Positions 35,701 to 48,000 of a stretch of 64,000 bases of DNA are shown piece after piece. Location: positions 1 to 64,000 of the forward strand of contig NIVC01003976.1 of the NCBI GenBank assembly GCA_002269645.1. The letters run 5' to 3'. A model generated the notes under the pieces. The model had not been told where the DNA came from, did not search any database, and worked only from the letters and a program-made list of their open reading frames with translations. Source of the stretch: Macrostomum lignano. Its lineage: Eukaryota. How positions within the stretch are numbered: the first letter of the stretch is position 1; each line of letters begins with the position of its first letter. The position numbers and the translations under genes are program-made.

Positions 35701-38700
35701 ATAAAAGGCATATGATGAGGACGCACTTTTTTCCAAATCCCGCGCTAGCACATGGGCACTAAACTTACTAGCCTACTAACAGTGGGCAATGGGCAATTTT
35801 TATCCTTTTTCTACAAATAGTTATAGAATCTATACTAGTAATAATGTCTGGTCATACTAGTAGTCATAATAACATAGGCGCAGCTTTTTGGGTCATAAAT
35901 CATCGCTTTCGAAGCTGGTCTGACAGCCACCTGCGCCTCACTCAGTGTTGAGGCGGGCGCCAGATGGTCTGAGGGGATGCGAATGATAGCAGCTTTTTTC
36001 TCATCATTTTGACAGGCCATCAAGATTTATGAGGTCAGGGCCTATTGTTCGTGTTCACTCAAGCGTGTGACAGCTTTGACAGCTATGCGTTTTACCCCTA
36101 AAAGTACTTTGGGATTAGCGATTAGCGATTTCTCTTCATTATCTTCACTTTCTATTTAATAAGAGCTTTCTAATGTATTTTTTCATTCATTTTTGCCAAT
36201 TCTACGCGAAAAGTCATAAATCATTTTGTTGCGATTTTGAGTGATTTATGGCCGCACCTGTCATGTTTTTACGACCCCGAGGGAGCTGATAGGATCTCCC
36301 GGTTACGTGATTCTGGGTAGCAACAAGCTTAGCCAATCAGAAAATTCGACGCTCATTTTAACAAATCGGCTCAGCCAATCAGAATCGATGTGTTCCATTA
36401 TAACAAACTGCGGTCCAGTTGGCGGCTATTTAAACCGGTGTTTTTGGCCCGCTCGGACTGCAACTTTTCTTGCGTCGGGCTGACACGGCTGCACCGGCCA
36501 GGAATTGACCGTCGTTTCTTGATCCCCGGATTGCGACTTCCCCCCCCCCATCATCATCAAGGACGAATTCTCCCGGTCATCAGTAGTGAACATCAAAGTC
36601 GAGAGCATCACCTGCTAGCTACCTGCGAAGGTTGTGACATCAGCATCATCCCGGGTCTACAGCTGCGAAGCACTAAGCCGATTCGATCACTGTGGATTAC
36701 CTGGTCTCCGGCTGTTGAGTTTCTGATTGGTTGGGTGAGAGGCTACCTAGACTTGCTTGATTGGGTGATCCCCTATCTGTCCCCTATTTCAGTAGCTGGA
36801 TTAGGCACACACTTTTGCTCATTTTGTTCAGCAGTGCTGTTATCGAAGCAGAAATCTTTCAATAATACTGTTAGTAGTCCAAAACTCCAATTCAATCTTA
36901 AGTGTGAAGTGATTTAAGGAGAAGGTTAAATCTAACAGTTATTTTTATCGGTTTTATTTCTTTGTTCGCCGATGGCTCAGATGAGTAGCTAAGCTAGTAA
37001 ACGCCGGTCACAGTGGACCAATGGCAAGGCAGTTCTCAGTCGATCAATCTATCAAATCAGTGAGCAAAATTGTCAATAGTGCAGAATCAGCGCCAGAGAT
37101 GTACTTTGTGCACTCAAGGTTAGCCAAGCGGCTCGGGTAATGAATCATGCGAGGTCTCTGAAGTTCGAGTTAGTCTATCATCAGCGCTATAAGAGGCTAG
37201 TTGGCGCATTGAAGGCCAAAAGTACAATTCCTCGTATTTAGCAATGTAATAGTACATGTAGCTACCCCATAGTCTCGCCACTGCAAGAATCCCCTGCACA
37301 AGTCCCCTCTGTACCTGCATGGCCAATGCGATCAAGTCCCAGCAGTGTCCCTTAACATCGGCTATGACTTCGAGATTGACAGCAAAAAGACACTAGTTGG
37401 CAGGTAAGTGCTAAGCCCCCTCTAGTCGGAAGCCCGATTTCGAAAGTTCCGGTTTGGTGAGCTAGGACGTACGGGCTGGTGGCAGCGGGTTAGTTAATCT
37501 GCGGATTAGCTGATCTCTACCTTCAAAATTCTCCCTGCTTGTCTCTCGCTGTCCCTCTCTTAGCTATAGGACCTAGACTGCTCGCCACACGATCAAGCTA
37601 CCATGGGGCTGACCATCTGACAGGAGTGGGGGGCCAGGACTCTAATTGATTTATTTCTGAGACCTGAGGACCGAAGGCTTCCCCACAAGGGGGCCGAAAG
37701 GTCGAAACCCATCACATAAAAGAGGAGAGGTAAGCCGGTGGTGCAGAGTACAGTGCGCGAGCACCTCTCACTGCTAGGCACTCCGTTTAACAACAACAAT
37801 TGAGTGCAGGGCTGCAGCATGACAGGGGCATTCGTGGAAATTGCGAAGATATATTAATTTTAGCGTTTATCAGCTAATCATCGAAAATGAATTAACATAT
37901 TGTATTTAGGCCTATAGACCTATAAATGTACTAAACTACACATGCATTGAGCAACACGTAGTGTTTCATTTTTATTATTTTTGTATTTTCTGTACAATAG
38001 TTTGGTGGATCGACAATTGATAAATATCTCTTCGATGGCTACGAATTACCCTGACCTTGAAAAGCAATTTAATGTGAAGCTATGTATGCATTCAATGTAA
38101 CACAAAGCCATGTTACGTTATACATACATGTACAGGTATATGGAACATACTCTGTTCTGTCATTTAAAAACAATCGTTATACTACAAACACCAGTAAGAA
38201 GTTGCACTTTGTTGAAATTGAATTTTAAAAATCGATAAATAAAATCGATAAATACAAATATAATTTAATAAATATATTTGAGATTTTACGATGATTTAAA
38301 TATTATATAGTGACTATTAAACAGTCAACGTGAGTTCATTTAAACAAATTATAAATACGACAGAAATAATCACATTGTTATGAAGAAAATAAACACTAAA
38401 ATAAATCCGAGAATATCCGAAGGGTTTGCATCTAAGTATCAACTGACACCAAATACCATGAAATTCATTGTGCATGCACATGTATAGGATCAAATCACAA
38501 GTGTGAAAAATAAGCAAATTTAATAATTTTGCCACAAATCTCAATGTTAATAACTTAATTACAGTGTCAATCTGTAAGAAAACTGCTGTAAACAAACATA
38601 AACAAATCCAGGTGCTCTAAGCCAACCCAAACTAGATAAAATAATAAGTTGATTTGTCCCACCATACAGGAAATGATTGTTTGTTTGTTCAATTTTTTGC

Positions 38701-39062
38701 CTGTCAAATTATATTTTAAGCTATAAATTAATTAAAGATCGTTAAGATTCAGTCTGCAAAAATCACCAAAAAGGAAACCTATAAGAAAATTACTGAATCA
38801 TCGATTAAGTGTACTATAGCATACTAATAACAAACAGTAGCTATGCTTGAAACTTACTATACATATTTTAAGCCATTAAAAACTGCATGAGCTTCGTAGT
38901 ATCATGAGTTCTTTCTTGACTTTGACAGAATTTTTTCACCTGAATTTTCGTCCAATTAATATTATGTACATGTAAATAAAAATGTAACTGTTTTACTCTC
39001 TATAGTAGTATTTTTAGAATCAATGGTTTGAACTAAAAAACGAGCAGAGTTTCAATTCGTTT

Positions 39063-42000
39063 TCAATTATTTTTCAATTGTCGCCGGACTCGTCTCCGAG
39101 CATAGATTTCGCCGCTGCTGCTGCTGATATTGTCGTCTCCGTCGATGGTGCTGCTGCCGTCGTCAGATAGAGGCGCGGACGAGCTGGAGGCGTCAAGCGA
39201 TACAACGGACGACGAATCGTCGGAACCGTACTTATTCTTCCGAGATTTAACTTTTATTTGAGGCTCGACTGACGACTTCTGTGGCGATTCGGAAACAGTC
39301 GGCATGGACTGCGCTGCGCCGCTCATGGGGTCATCAGCTGAAACCAATGGCTCATCAGCTTGCTGACTTGAATCCTGCAGCTTCTCCGCTTCTGCATCGA
39401 ACTCGTCGGACGTTTTTACCGGATTCGATCCAGGTTCCGTTGAGCTGTCAAGTTGCTGAGTTGCTGGAGGAGCTTCGATCTCAGCCTCCGGTTGACGCGG
39501 ACTTTGCTCTGCAGCTGGTGGCGCTGCTGACTGATTCGGACTTGCATCTTGTTGACGAGGACTTTGCTCTGCAGCTGGTAGCGCTGCTGACTGATTCGGA
39601 CTTGCATCTTGTTGACGCGGACTTTGCTCTGCAGCTGGTGGCTCTGCTGACTTTTTCGATTGCTCTACCAGATCGCTGCTCGAGGAATTCGTGGACAGGG
39701 ATTTGGACGCTACGCTACTGCTGCTGTCGCTGCTGTGGATTCTGCTGGTGCTGTTGTCGCTGTGGACCCTGCTACTGCTCTCACTGCTGCTTCTGCTTCT
39801 GCTTTTACTACGCTCTTCCTTGCCAACGGAGGATTCGCGAGAGCTCTGCTGCTTCTGCTGCGGCGGAAGTGGCGGTGACGGCGTTCTTGAGCGCCTAGAT
39901 GCTTGTACCACCTCCGGACTGACGCTGCGATCCCTATCGGAGGTGGATCTGTTGTCCGGCTCCTGCTCAACGCTGTTGCCGCTGCTTTTACTGAGCCGAT
40001 CCTCGTTTTCTGGCTTCCCACCGCCCAATACTCGAATATGGACCGCAACCTCCGGCTCTGAAGAGCTTCGACCTGATGTGGATTTGCTGTTCTCAGATTT
40101 TTTAGTGCTGTGGGACGACTTTGAAGATGAACCGTCGTTGAATTGCTTCTCGCTAGACGGCTGGTCTTCTTGCAGCTGTGGCTGTTTCTTATCAGCAGAA
40201 GAGCGAGAGGCGCTGCTATGGGTGCTTGGACTTTTTCCGGCGGGACATCCAGCGCTGGGCTGCTTTGGTTCGTCACTGGGCGGATGATGTATTTTTATTC
40301 GGCTTAGTCACGGAACATTTAGGTTGCTATACTTGTAATGACCTCAGAACTTACAATTAAAAAGCATGAACTCACATCAACTTTTTGGCCGCTACCATCG
40401 CCTCGCGTCGCTCCACTTCTTTCTTGGACAGTTTCGGCTGCAAGTATAGCAAAGGATTATTGATATGCAGTAGGTTTAGAGATGGATTGCAATAAATTGC
40501 TTTCATATTGCTCAGAATTTGATTTAAAAAATCTTACAGGAGGATTCCGCGTTTTCTGGTGCTGCAAAGACCGTCCTGAAAAGCAAGATGCATAACAATC
40601 ATTAGACCACTGATGTTTGTTTACGATTAATATGAAAAGTTTCGCTTGTTAATTTCACGAATTAGTTCAAGTTGGAGCTAGCGGAAGTGCCTAGCAAGAG
40701 TTTTCGACTAATAGACGACGTGAAATTTCGAGCTTATAAATAATAAGATTAGTGTAGTGAGCCGCTAATTTAGTGTTAGGCGTCCCCCTTTGTCAGCAGT
40801 TTCCCTCGCCCGCGTCCTCGCCCTGGGTTGCTGTCTGCCGCTGGTCAGCTTCCCGTCTCCCTTGTCTGTCTGTTGTTGCCCCTTTTCCTGCCCTGCTCGT
40901 TTTTTGTGCCTCTGTTTTCAGCCTCTCTGCTGTGGGCTGTTTCTGTTTCATTCCCGTCCCGGTTTCCTCTGTCATGTGAGCAAGTCACATGACAGATCTT
41001 GCGTTCTTGGAGTCCTAAAGTGCAGTAAACATGTTTACTGCACTCGCTGGTCCTGTCTATGGGAGAATCACTTGCCTCAGGGCCCTTGCAAAGGATGACT
41101 CATGTTTCTAAAAATAGATACTGAGTCATGCGGCCCCTTGCACTTTGCATCCACCAACCAAGCCTGGCAGGTGCTGCTGACGAGACGTCTTTTACGTTGA
41201 GCTGCAAATCTGCACGTCGTGCTGTGTTCGTTGACTTCGTTATTGCGTTCCGACGGGAAGCTCACCTCATCGAGGGCCGAGACCTGAAGGAACTGGTGGC
41301 AGCACTACCTACGCTACTGAGAGTTAAGAGAACTTCCCACTGAAAAGGCTCGAGACTTAAGGTAATCTTAAGTGCCTAAACCGGGAAGCAAACAGCATTC
41401 TACTTCATTAGTCTACTTAAAGTAGGCAGTTTCGCTCACCCTGTCTATGGTAGAAATCAACGTAGTTCTGCTCTTCAAGCATGCACGCCACGTGCAGCCG
41501 ATAATTCTGCAGCCGCCGAGGTGACTGCTGCGAGCTCGATCGGCACCGCTGATGCTGTTCGGCTCCTGCGCCGCTTTGTCGCCATTGACGACGACTTTTC
41601 TCCGCCTCTTGTTCGTCTTCGTCGTAATCGTCGTCGTCGTGGTCGACACGGCCTTCTTCCTGAGCGACTTTCGAGCTTTCAGCATCCAATGGTCTGATGT
41701 GAAGCTTCTCCAGCTTCTTCACGGGATATTTTGCCTGTGGATTTTAATAGTTAAATTTAAGCCCCAGTGTGACTGTAATGGGGGTAGAAAATGTTTATTG
41801 ATGGGGCAATAAATTAAGTAATTAAGTAATTAATACGAATCAATAGCCTACAATAGTTGAGACAGTTTTAGCCAATGCATGTAACAGGTTTTCTTGTTGA
41901 TTAAACTGGTTTATTTTATGATTCGAATTCACCACCAAGCGATTCTAAACCACCCCTTTATAGATTCTATCAACTTAGCTATAGATTCCACCTGCGAGTC

Positions 42001-42967
42001 CATAGATCAACCTACCTGTCTACAGATCCACCTACCTGTCTAAAGATCCACCTACCTATCTATGGATCCACCAACTGTCTATAGATCCACCTACCTGTCT
42101 ACAGATCCTTCTACCTGTCTATAGATCCTATCAACTTAGCTATAGATTCCACCCGCGAGTCTATAGCTCGTAGATCCACCTAACCTGTCTATAGATCCAC
42201 CTACCTGTCTATAGATCAACCTACCTGTCTATAGATCCACCTACCTGTCTACAGATCCTTCTACCTGTCTATAGATCCTATCAACTTAGCTATAGATTCC
42301 ACCCGCGAGTCTATAGCTCGTAGATCCACCTAACCTGTCTATAGATCCACCTACCTGTCTATAGATCAACCTACCTGTCTATAGATCCACCTACCTGTCT
42401 ATAGATCAACCTACCTATCTATAGATTCACCAACTGTCTATAGATCCACCTACCTGTCTATAGATCCACCTACATGTCTATAGATTCGCCTACCTGTCTA
42501 TAATCTACCCACCTACCTGTCTATAGATCCACCTACCTGTCTATAAATTTAATTCACCTTAATCTACTCATCTATATAGATTCCACCACCCCCATTTACA
42601 GATTCCACCAACTCATTGATAGATTCCATGCCACTTTTCCATGCTAACCTGTCCAAAAATACAACCTACCTGTATATAAATTCCACATACCTTGTCAATA
42701 GATGGCAACAGCATTCTCATAGATCTCAATCACCTTTCTATTATAGACTCCATTCACCTACCTGTCTATAGATTTAATAAATTCCACTAGGTTTTTCTAC
42801 AATACAACCTATTGCTACTGCCAAATAAAACTTAAAATACGTCGTATAGCTTCGCTTTATTTACAATTTTTCCTGCATAGCAACAAGAGTGCACAATTAA
42901 AAAAGCTGCCTGTTGCAGCTTGGATGTGAAAAATGGATCGACAAGTATGAAAGAGATTGGAGGAAGA

Positions 42968-43014
<47 letters not shown>

Positions 43015-44581
43015 GATGAATGAATGAGTGAATGGAAGGCAATGCATTTTGTCCTGACGAAGAGAGCCCAGAGGCTTGAAACCGGTTGCTAACTCAATAT
43101 GACTCTCCTCTCTCTTCTCTCTCGCGATAGATTTTTTCTACTTTGCTTATCTTACTGGGATTAGCCTAAAGAGAACCTGGGGTGGGATCTGGAGAAATAC
43201 ACAGATCGGCAGTGCAAGAATGAATAGATTTTTAGATTAAACTAAAGTAGAACCTATTTTTTTAAGAAACAATTCAGTCTATAAATCCATAATCGCCTGC
43301 GCCGATTACATCGATTACGCATTACACGATATTACGTTTATCGTCGGTTCTAGTAGAGCGACGGCCGGGATACAGGAATAAAGTATATAGGAATGTAGGT
43401 TTGGCATGCGCAGTGTAAACAATGCGAATCTATAGATGGACATAATAACAACAACTACATCAAAATAATAAATTGTAAACTGATTAATTTTATGTGTAGA
43501 TTATTGACTGCGTTTCCCTGTCAGGATAAAACACAGTGCAGTGCTTTGTGGGGCATGAATATACTTAGATAATAATAAATGACAAAAGTACAGCATGTAA
43601 CTTTGTTTGCTTTTGAATTTAAATTCTTACTAGCTTCAGTTATCCTAAAATGTATTTACAAAGACAAGAGTTCCCACTTCAATCAATTAATCAATAATTT
43701 ATTGAGAAACTTGTTAGTAAATAGTACAATGTAATGCTCTTATAGGCTCATAACTGAACTCACCACAACTTCGTTCGTTGTTCTCACTAGGCAGCGAACG
43801 TACGGGTTTGAGATGGACTTTTTTACGGATCTCTTAACCTTTGGCTTTACCAGCTGGGGCCTGCAGAAAGAATAGAACATGTATAAGGATGATTTTGTTT
43901 TGGAGCGGTATTTATTTAGAAAAAATGTAAACAATAAATATGATATTAGACACTCACACAGCGTCACTGGGCTCTTTTCTCTGGTATTGTTTGGACACTG
44001 GAAAGTTGTAGAGAACCTATCGAATCGAAATTAGAAGAGAACGAGTGCAAAAGTGTCTTTACGAACATAAATATATAATTATAAATTAAATATTTGTTAA
44101 AAAAGTTTTACTTGTCTTGGACAGGGATCCAAGACAATACTCATATGGTTTACATCTGTAAACCATGAAAATCATATGAGTGTACTTGTTAACTTGTAGC
44201 TAACGTTCAAATTTGTAGAATTTAACTTACTAATGATTCCCGTTGAGAACCGGATCGCGTAACAAAGCTGTTCTCCTGAATTTCGTAGTTAAAATGATTC
44301 TCTCTAAAAATAAAATTGTTTATTGCTCGATTAAATTTTATTTCGATTATAACTTTTTAAATGAATTCTAAAATTGGCATGTATACTTATTATTATTTAG
44401 AATAGTTTTTTTAGACAAGACTGAACAGTAAAAATCGAATCAAAAATAGCTGTGCTTACAAATGATGAGCGACTCGACGAAGAACTGCCTTTGATATTTT
44501 GGGATCTTCGCCTTCTTTTTGACCACCCTTGCGGCTATGCCGCTTTTGGGCCTGACTTTTAGACACTGCCTGTGCAGACAT
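39063..44581 (-). CDS. Uncharacterised ~627-aa Ser/Glu/Lys-rich, probably disordered protein. Exons 44581-44460, 44016-43960, 43860-43764, 41734-41440, 40575-40538, 40437-40376, 40275-39063
   Basis: Starts ATG MSAQAVSKSQ. All six introns are GT-AG with matching phases (2,2,0,1,0,2), giving a stop-free total of 1884 nt. The 1.2-kb terminal exon includes the 321-aa ORF. No domain recognised. Confidence 0.7.
41990..42780. repeat. 20-bp minisatellite (CTATAGATCCACCTACCTGT)
   Basis: About 30 units decaying to the right; intronic. Confidence 0.92.
42965..43010. repeat. (GA)n microsatellite
   Basis: Direct reading. Confidence 0.95.
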
Positions 44582-45042
44582 GACAAATTTTGAGATCTTG
44601 GTTCACTTACTAAGTCTTAATACCTCGATACCCTGCCTATTGAGTCTTGCTTGAAAATGAAACTCGACCATCAAATAAATTTTCAATGAAATCTTCTATT
44701 TTGAATCTGTCAAAGAAGCCACGGTCAACAAAAATCTGTTAAATAATTTTTTAACTTGTATACTATCTGCATGAGTACTTTGTTAAAGAACTGCATTGAT
44801 TGATTTTTTAGTTTTAATTTAATGAATTTATTTTCTATACATACTATATTTGTTTCTTTGTTTATTAGTTTAATAGGCGTTTTTTCAAAACTAATACTTT
44901 TTCAGAGAAATCTTAAGTAAAGTCACTAGTCAGGGACAAGGTGAAGTGTTAAGACTTAACTATTGTATCTCTTTTCTCAGTGTTTTGGTTGGAATATTCA
45001 TATCGTTAAATTTGAACGAACTATTTAGAAACAGCTTTCAAA
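44582..45042. promoter_or_regulatory. Putative shared bidirectional promoter/5'UTR region
   Basis: Only 461 bp separate the divergent ATGs at 44581 (-) and 45043 (+). The call rests on gene geometry, not on motifs. Confidence 0.55.
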
Positions 45043-48000
45043 ATGCCACTGGATCCAAAGTACAGCAGCCTTCCATATATTGTAAGTTGCATTTTTTAAT
45101 TTAATTTTGTTCACGCCTAAACTTTTAAGTGGTACTGTGGTGGTAGTATTATAGTATAAAGCAGACAAACATCGCTAGAGTTTTAGTATATTATAGTATA
45201 AGACACACACACAGACAGACAGAGTTTTGATTTTTAAATGGGCATTTCCGCCAAATAGGGACACAAATTGTGTCCGAGTGTGCAAAGAAGAAGAAAAATG
45301 TTGAAAACAGGAAATCTAACTAGAATTTGTTATTAAATTTCTTTTTTTATCTTGTAGAAGCACAAGAAATTTTCTGGTAACAATAAAAGTTGCCGATAAA
45401 AGTTATACTGATCTAAGAAGACGATTAATACCGTAGGAGAATAAAATTTTATATTGAGGCATAATTGCTTGCTTATAATTAACTTTCTTTCAGTCAATAA
45501 TTTTTTAATTGTTTCTTAATGCTTTTAATCAACTTTTTAATTCCGATTTTGTTATTTTTGCGCATAAGTTCATACAATATTTTTTAACTTTGTCAAAATG
45601 TTTTTTTCTGCGCGATATACCGAATGTAAATCTCTAATTTTACTTTTCAGTAACTAGCCGATCACCGTAATTATTCAGAAGTTCCAGTGCAACTTTGCAA
45701 GCAGCAAGAAATGCATATGCTTCCACAATCTAGAGAAAATTTTTCTGAAGCAATATTACAAGTAAATGTGGGGAAAATTGATTTAATACTATGTAAATTA
45801 CTATCTACATACTATAGTGCAAAATGTAAATTACATTTTTATTGATAAATAAACAAGAAATTAATGTGAAACTGTTTTATTTTCCAGCTTTTATACCTAA
45901 TGATAGTCTTGTAAGACTGATTTTGAGAAAAAAACTAGCAAAAAATAAAATAAAGGGTACAACATGAAAATACATCTCGTGTAAGTAGTGTGCTTACTAC
46001 ATTTAAATGTTAATATTTAAGGTATTTTGACAGATTAAGGTTCAGCAGACCACTTTTTGTGAAGCTCTGTATGTCAGCAATCCATAAATATATCGTTTTC
46101 AGCTGATAAAAAGCACTAAAAAAATTATTGGGTGCAACATGAGTACAATCTTGTGGTTAAGATGTCACATCGAAAAAAAATTAATGTCTTAGAAAAATGT
46201 ATTAAGCAAATTCTATTGCTAAAAAATATATTGATACATCATCGCAAAGATGTTTTCCTTCATTTAAGCTAAAAAACGTGAAGATTGAAAGCCTTATGAG
46301 TAAATGAGAGGGTACAACATGAGTACAAATGATGCAAAAACTTACCGTTTATACTTTTTGGTATAGCAAGAAAACTGACAAAAATCAATGACTTCTTCTT
46401 GCAGGTTTTGTGACGAAAAGGAATGATTTTAACAAAGTTTAATGTGTTTTTTTCATGAAACAAAGAGAATTACTATAAAGAATGTTTTCTTCGCTCTTTT
46501 ATTCAATGTTGAAGTTAAAAATTGTGTGTTTGGACATCCAAAAAAGTGGCGTCTACATAAGTTTAAAATGGTTTTTCAACATTAATTTTGCCGATTAACA
46601 ATCTTTAAATAGCTTTAAATTGAGCAAAAGTGGTTGTATTTTTCAGTTTAAGTCCTTGTTTGACTTCAATTAGCTGGCTTAAGCTACAATTCATCATTTT
46701 GTTTGTTGAAGTGTAATTTTCCGATAGTGCCTAATTGGCGGAAATGCCCAAATGTATAGATAGGCCTAGATATTAAATACCAGTATATTAAACAGCACAA
46801 ATAAGTACATTTATTGTAGTGAATATGGTTTTGAGTTAGTATCACTCTTTAATTCATTGATGGGTTTTCTATGTAGGCCTAGTGAAACTTAACAAATATT
46901 GACTGCACCTTTAAACTGTTTATAAGATGCAATTGTGCACCTTGTCTCTAGTGAAAAAAAGCCTTTTTTATAGTGTTCCGCCGTAAGGAGGGTCCATGTA
47001 CCATAGCTGTAGCCGTAAGCAAAACTACGGCTTATTCCAATTCTCCATATCCGTAGCCGTAGGGACCCCGAAATTACCATATTCCCGTAGTTCCCATAGC
47101 CATAGCCGTAGTTTTAACAAAAGTGCTTAAACAACTGCAAATTAAATTAGAAAATAAAAGAAACACTCGATTGCCTTTGTAAGATTATATTTCGTCTTTT
47201 TTCAGAGCAACAATACTTGATCGTTACTGAAAGTACTAACGCTAAATTTTTTCACATTAATAAAAATTAGAGTTTGCTAGTGTTTTATTGTACTTTTTTA
47301 GGTATATTTTATAAGTTTCTAGGTTGATAATACAGTTTACTAAACGTATATTTGTTTTACTCTACCTGTTTCTAAAAATTTTTTAATTTTTAACATTAAT
47401 AACTACGGCTATGGGAACGGTTAAAGTCAAAACTGGGGAGTCAGAAAATGTAGAAAAAAATTTGTTGTTTCAATTAGTAATTTCTTTTTACAATTTTTTA
47501 TATCTCGGTGAAGTGGTCTCGAAAAACATTTTTAAAGCACAAAATATACCCCTTGTTAAGTTTCCTACCAATTTGTTAATTTTAACTCTTACGGAACTGT
47601 ACGGACGTAGAATTAGAAACTAAATATAATATTCAACAATTAAATGTTTTATACTAATGCATAAAACTAATTTTTTGTTCAATAAATATTGCAATAAATG
47701 CTTTTTAAAGTAAATATTTAGTTGGATTTTGTTAAACTGCTTAATTTGTTTACTTCGCGCCTGTTTGTGTTCTGAAATACTCTCGTTTTTTAGCTTACGA
47801 ACAAATAGGCAAACGACAATGATGTATAAATAATTTTACTGAATGGATGGAATGACACGCTACGTATAGGTGTAGGTGTCCTTAAGTTGGTTATAAAATT
47901 GCTTCATCCATGCTGTAATTTATATTGGTAGTCTAGTTCAGATTAATATTTTATTATCCATGTCCCATTTGATTTGCCCATGTCAATAATTTTTTTGCTA

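Noticed and set aside
36258-37011. Possible solo LTR (TG...CA, two CCAAT boxes, TATA-like motif)
   Set aside because: No TSD, second copy or recognisable primer-binding site in the window.
37665-37725. Hammerhead-like CTGAGGA...GGTCGAAAC with a long hairpin
   Set aside because: The core and stem II overlap incorrectly, and no stem III or cleavage triplet could be built. A similar partial motif at ~5052 is even more degenerate.
40308-40310. UGA-CUA stop-codon readthrough candidate ahead of a 414-codon open frame
   Set aside because: A better in-phase acceptor (CCGCCCAG|, exon start 40275) skips the stop, so readthrough is unnecessary. RNA-seq would settle it.
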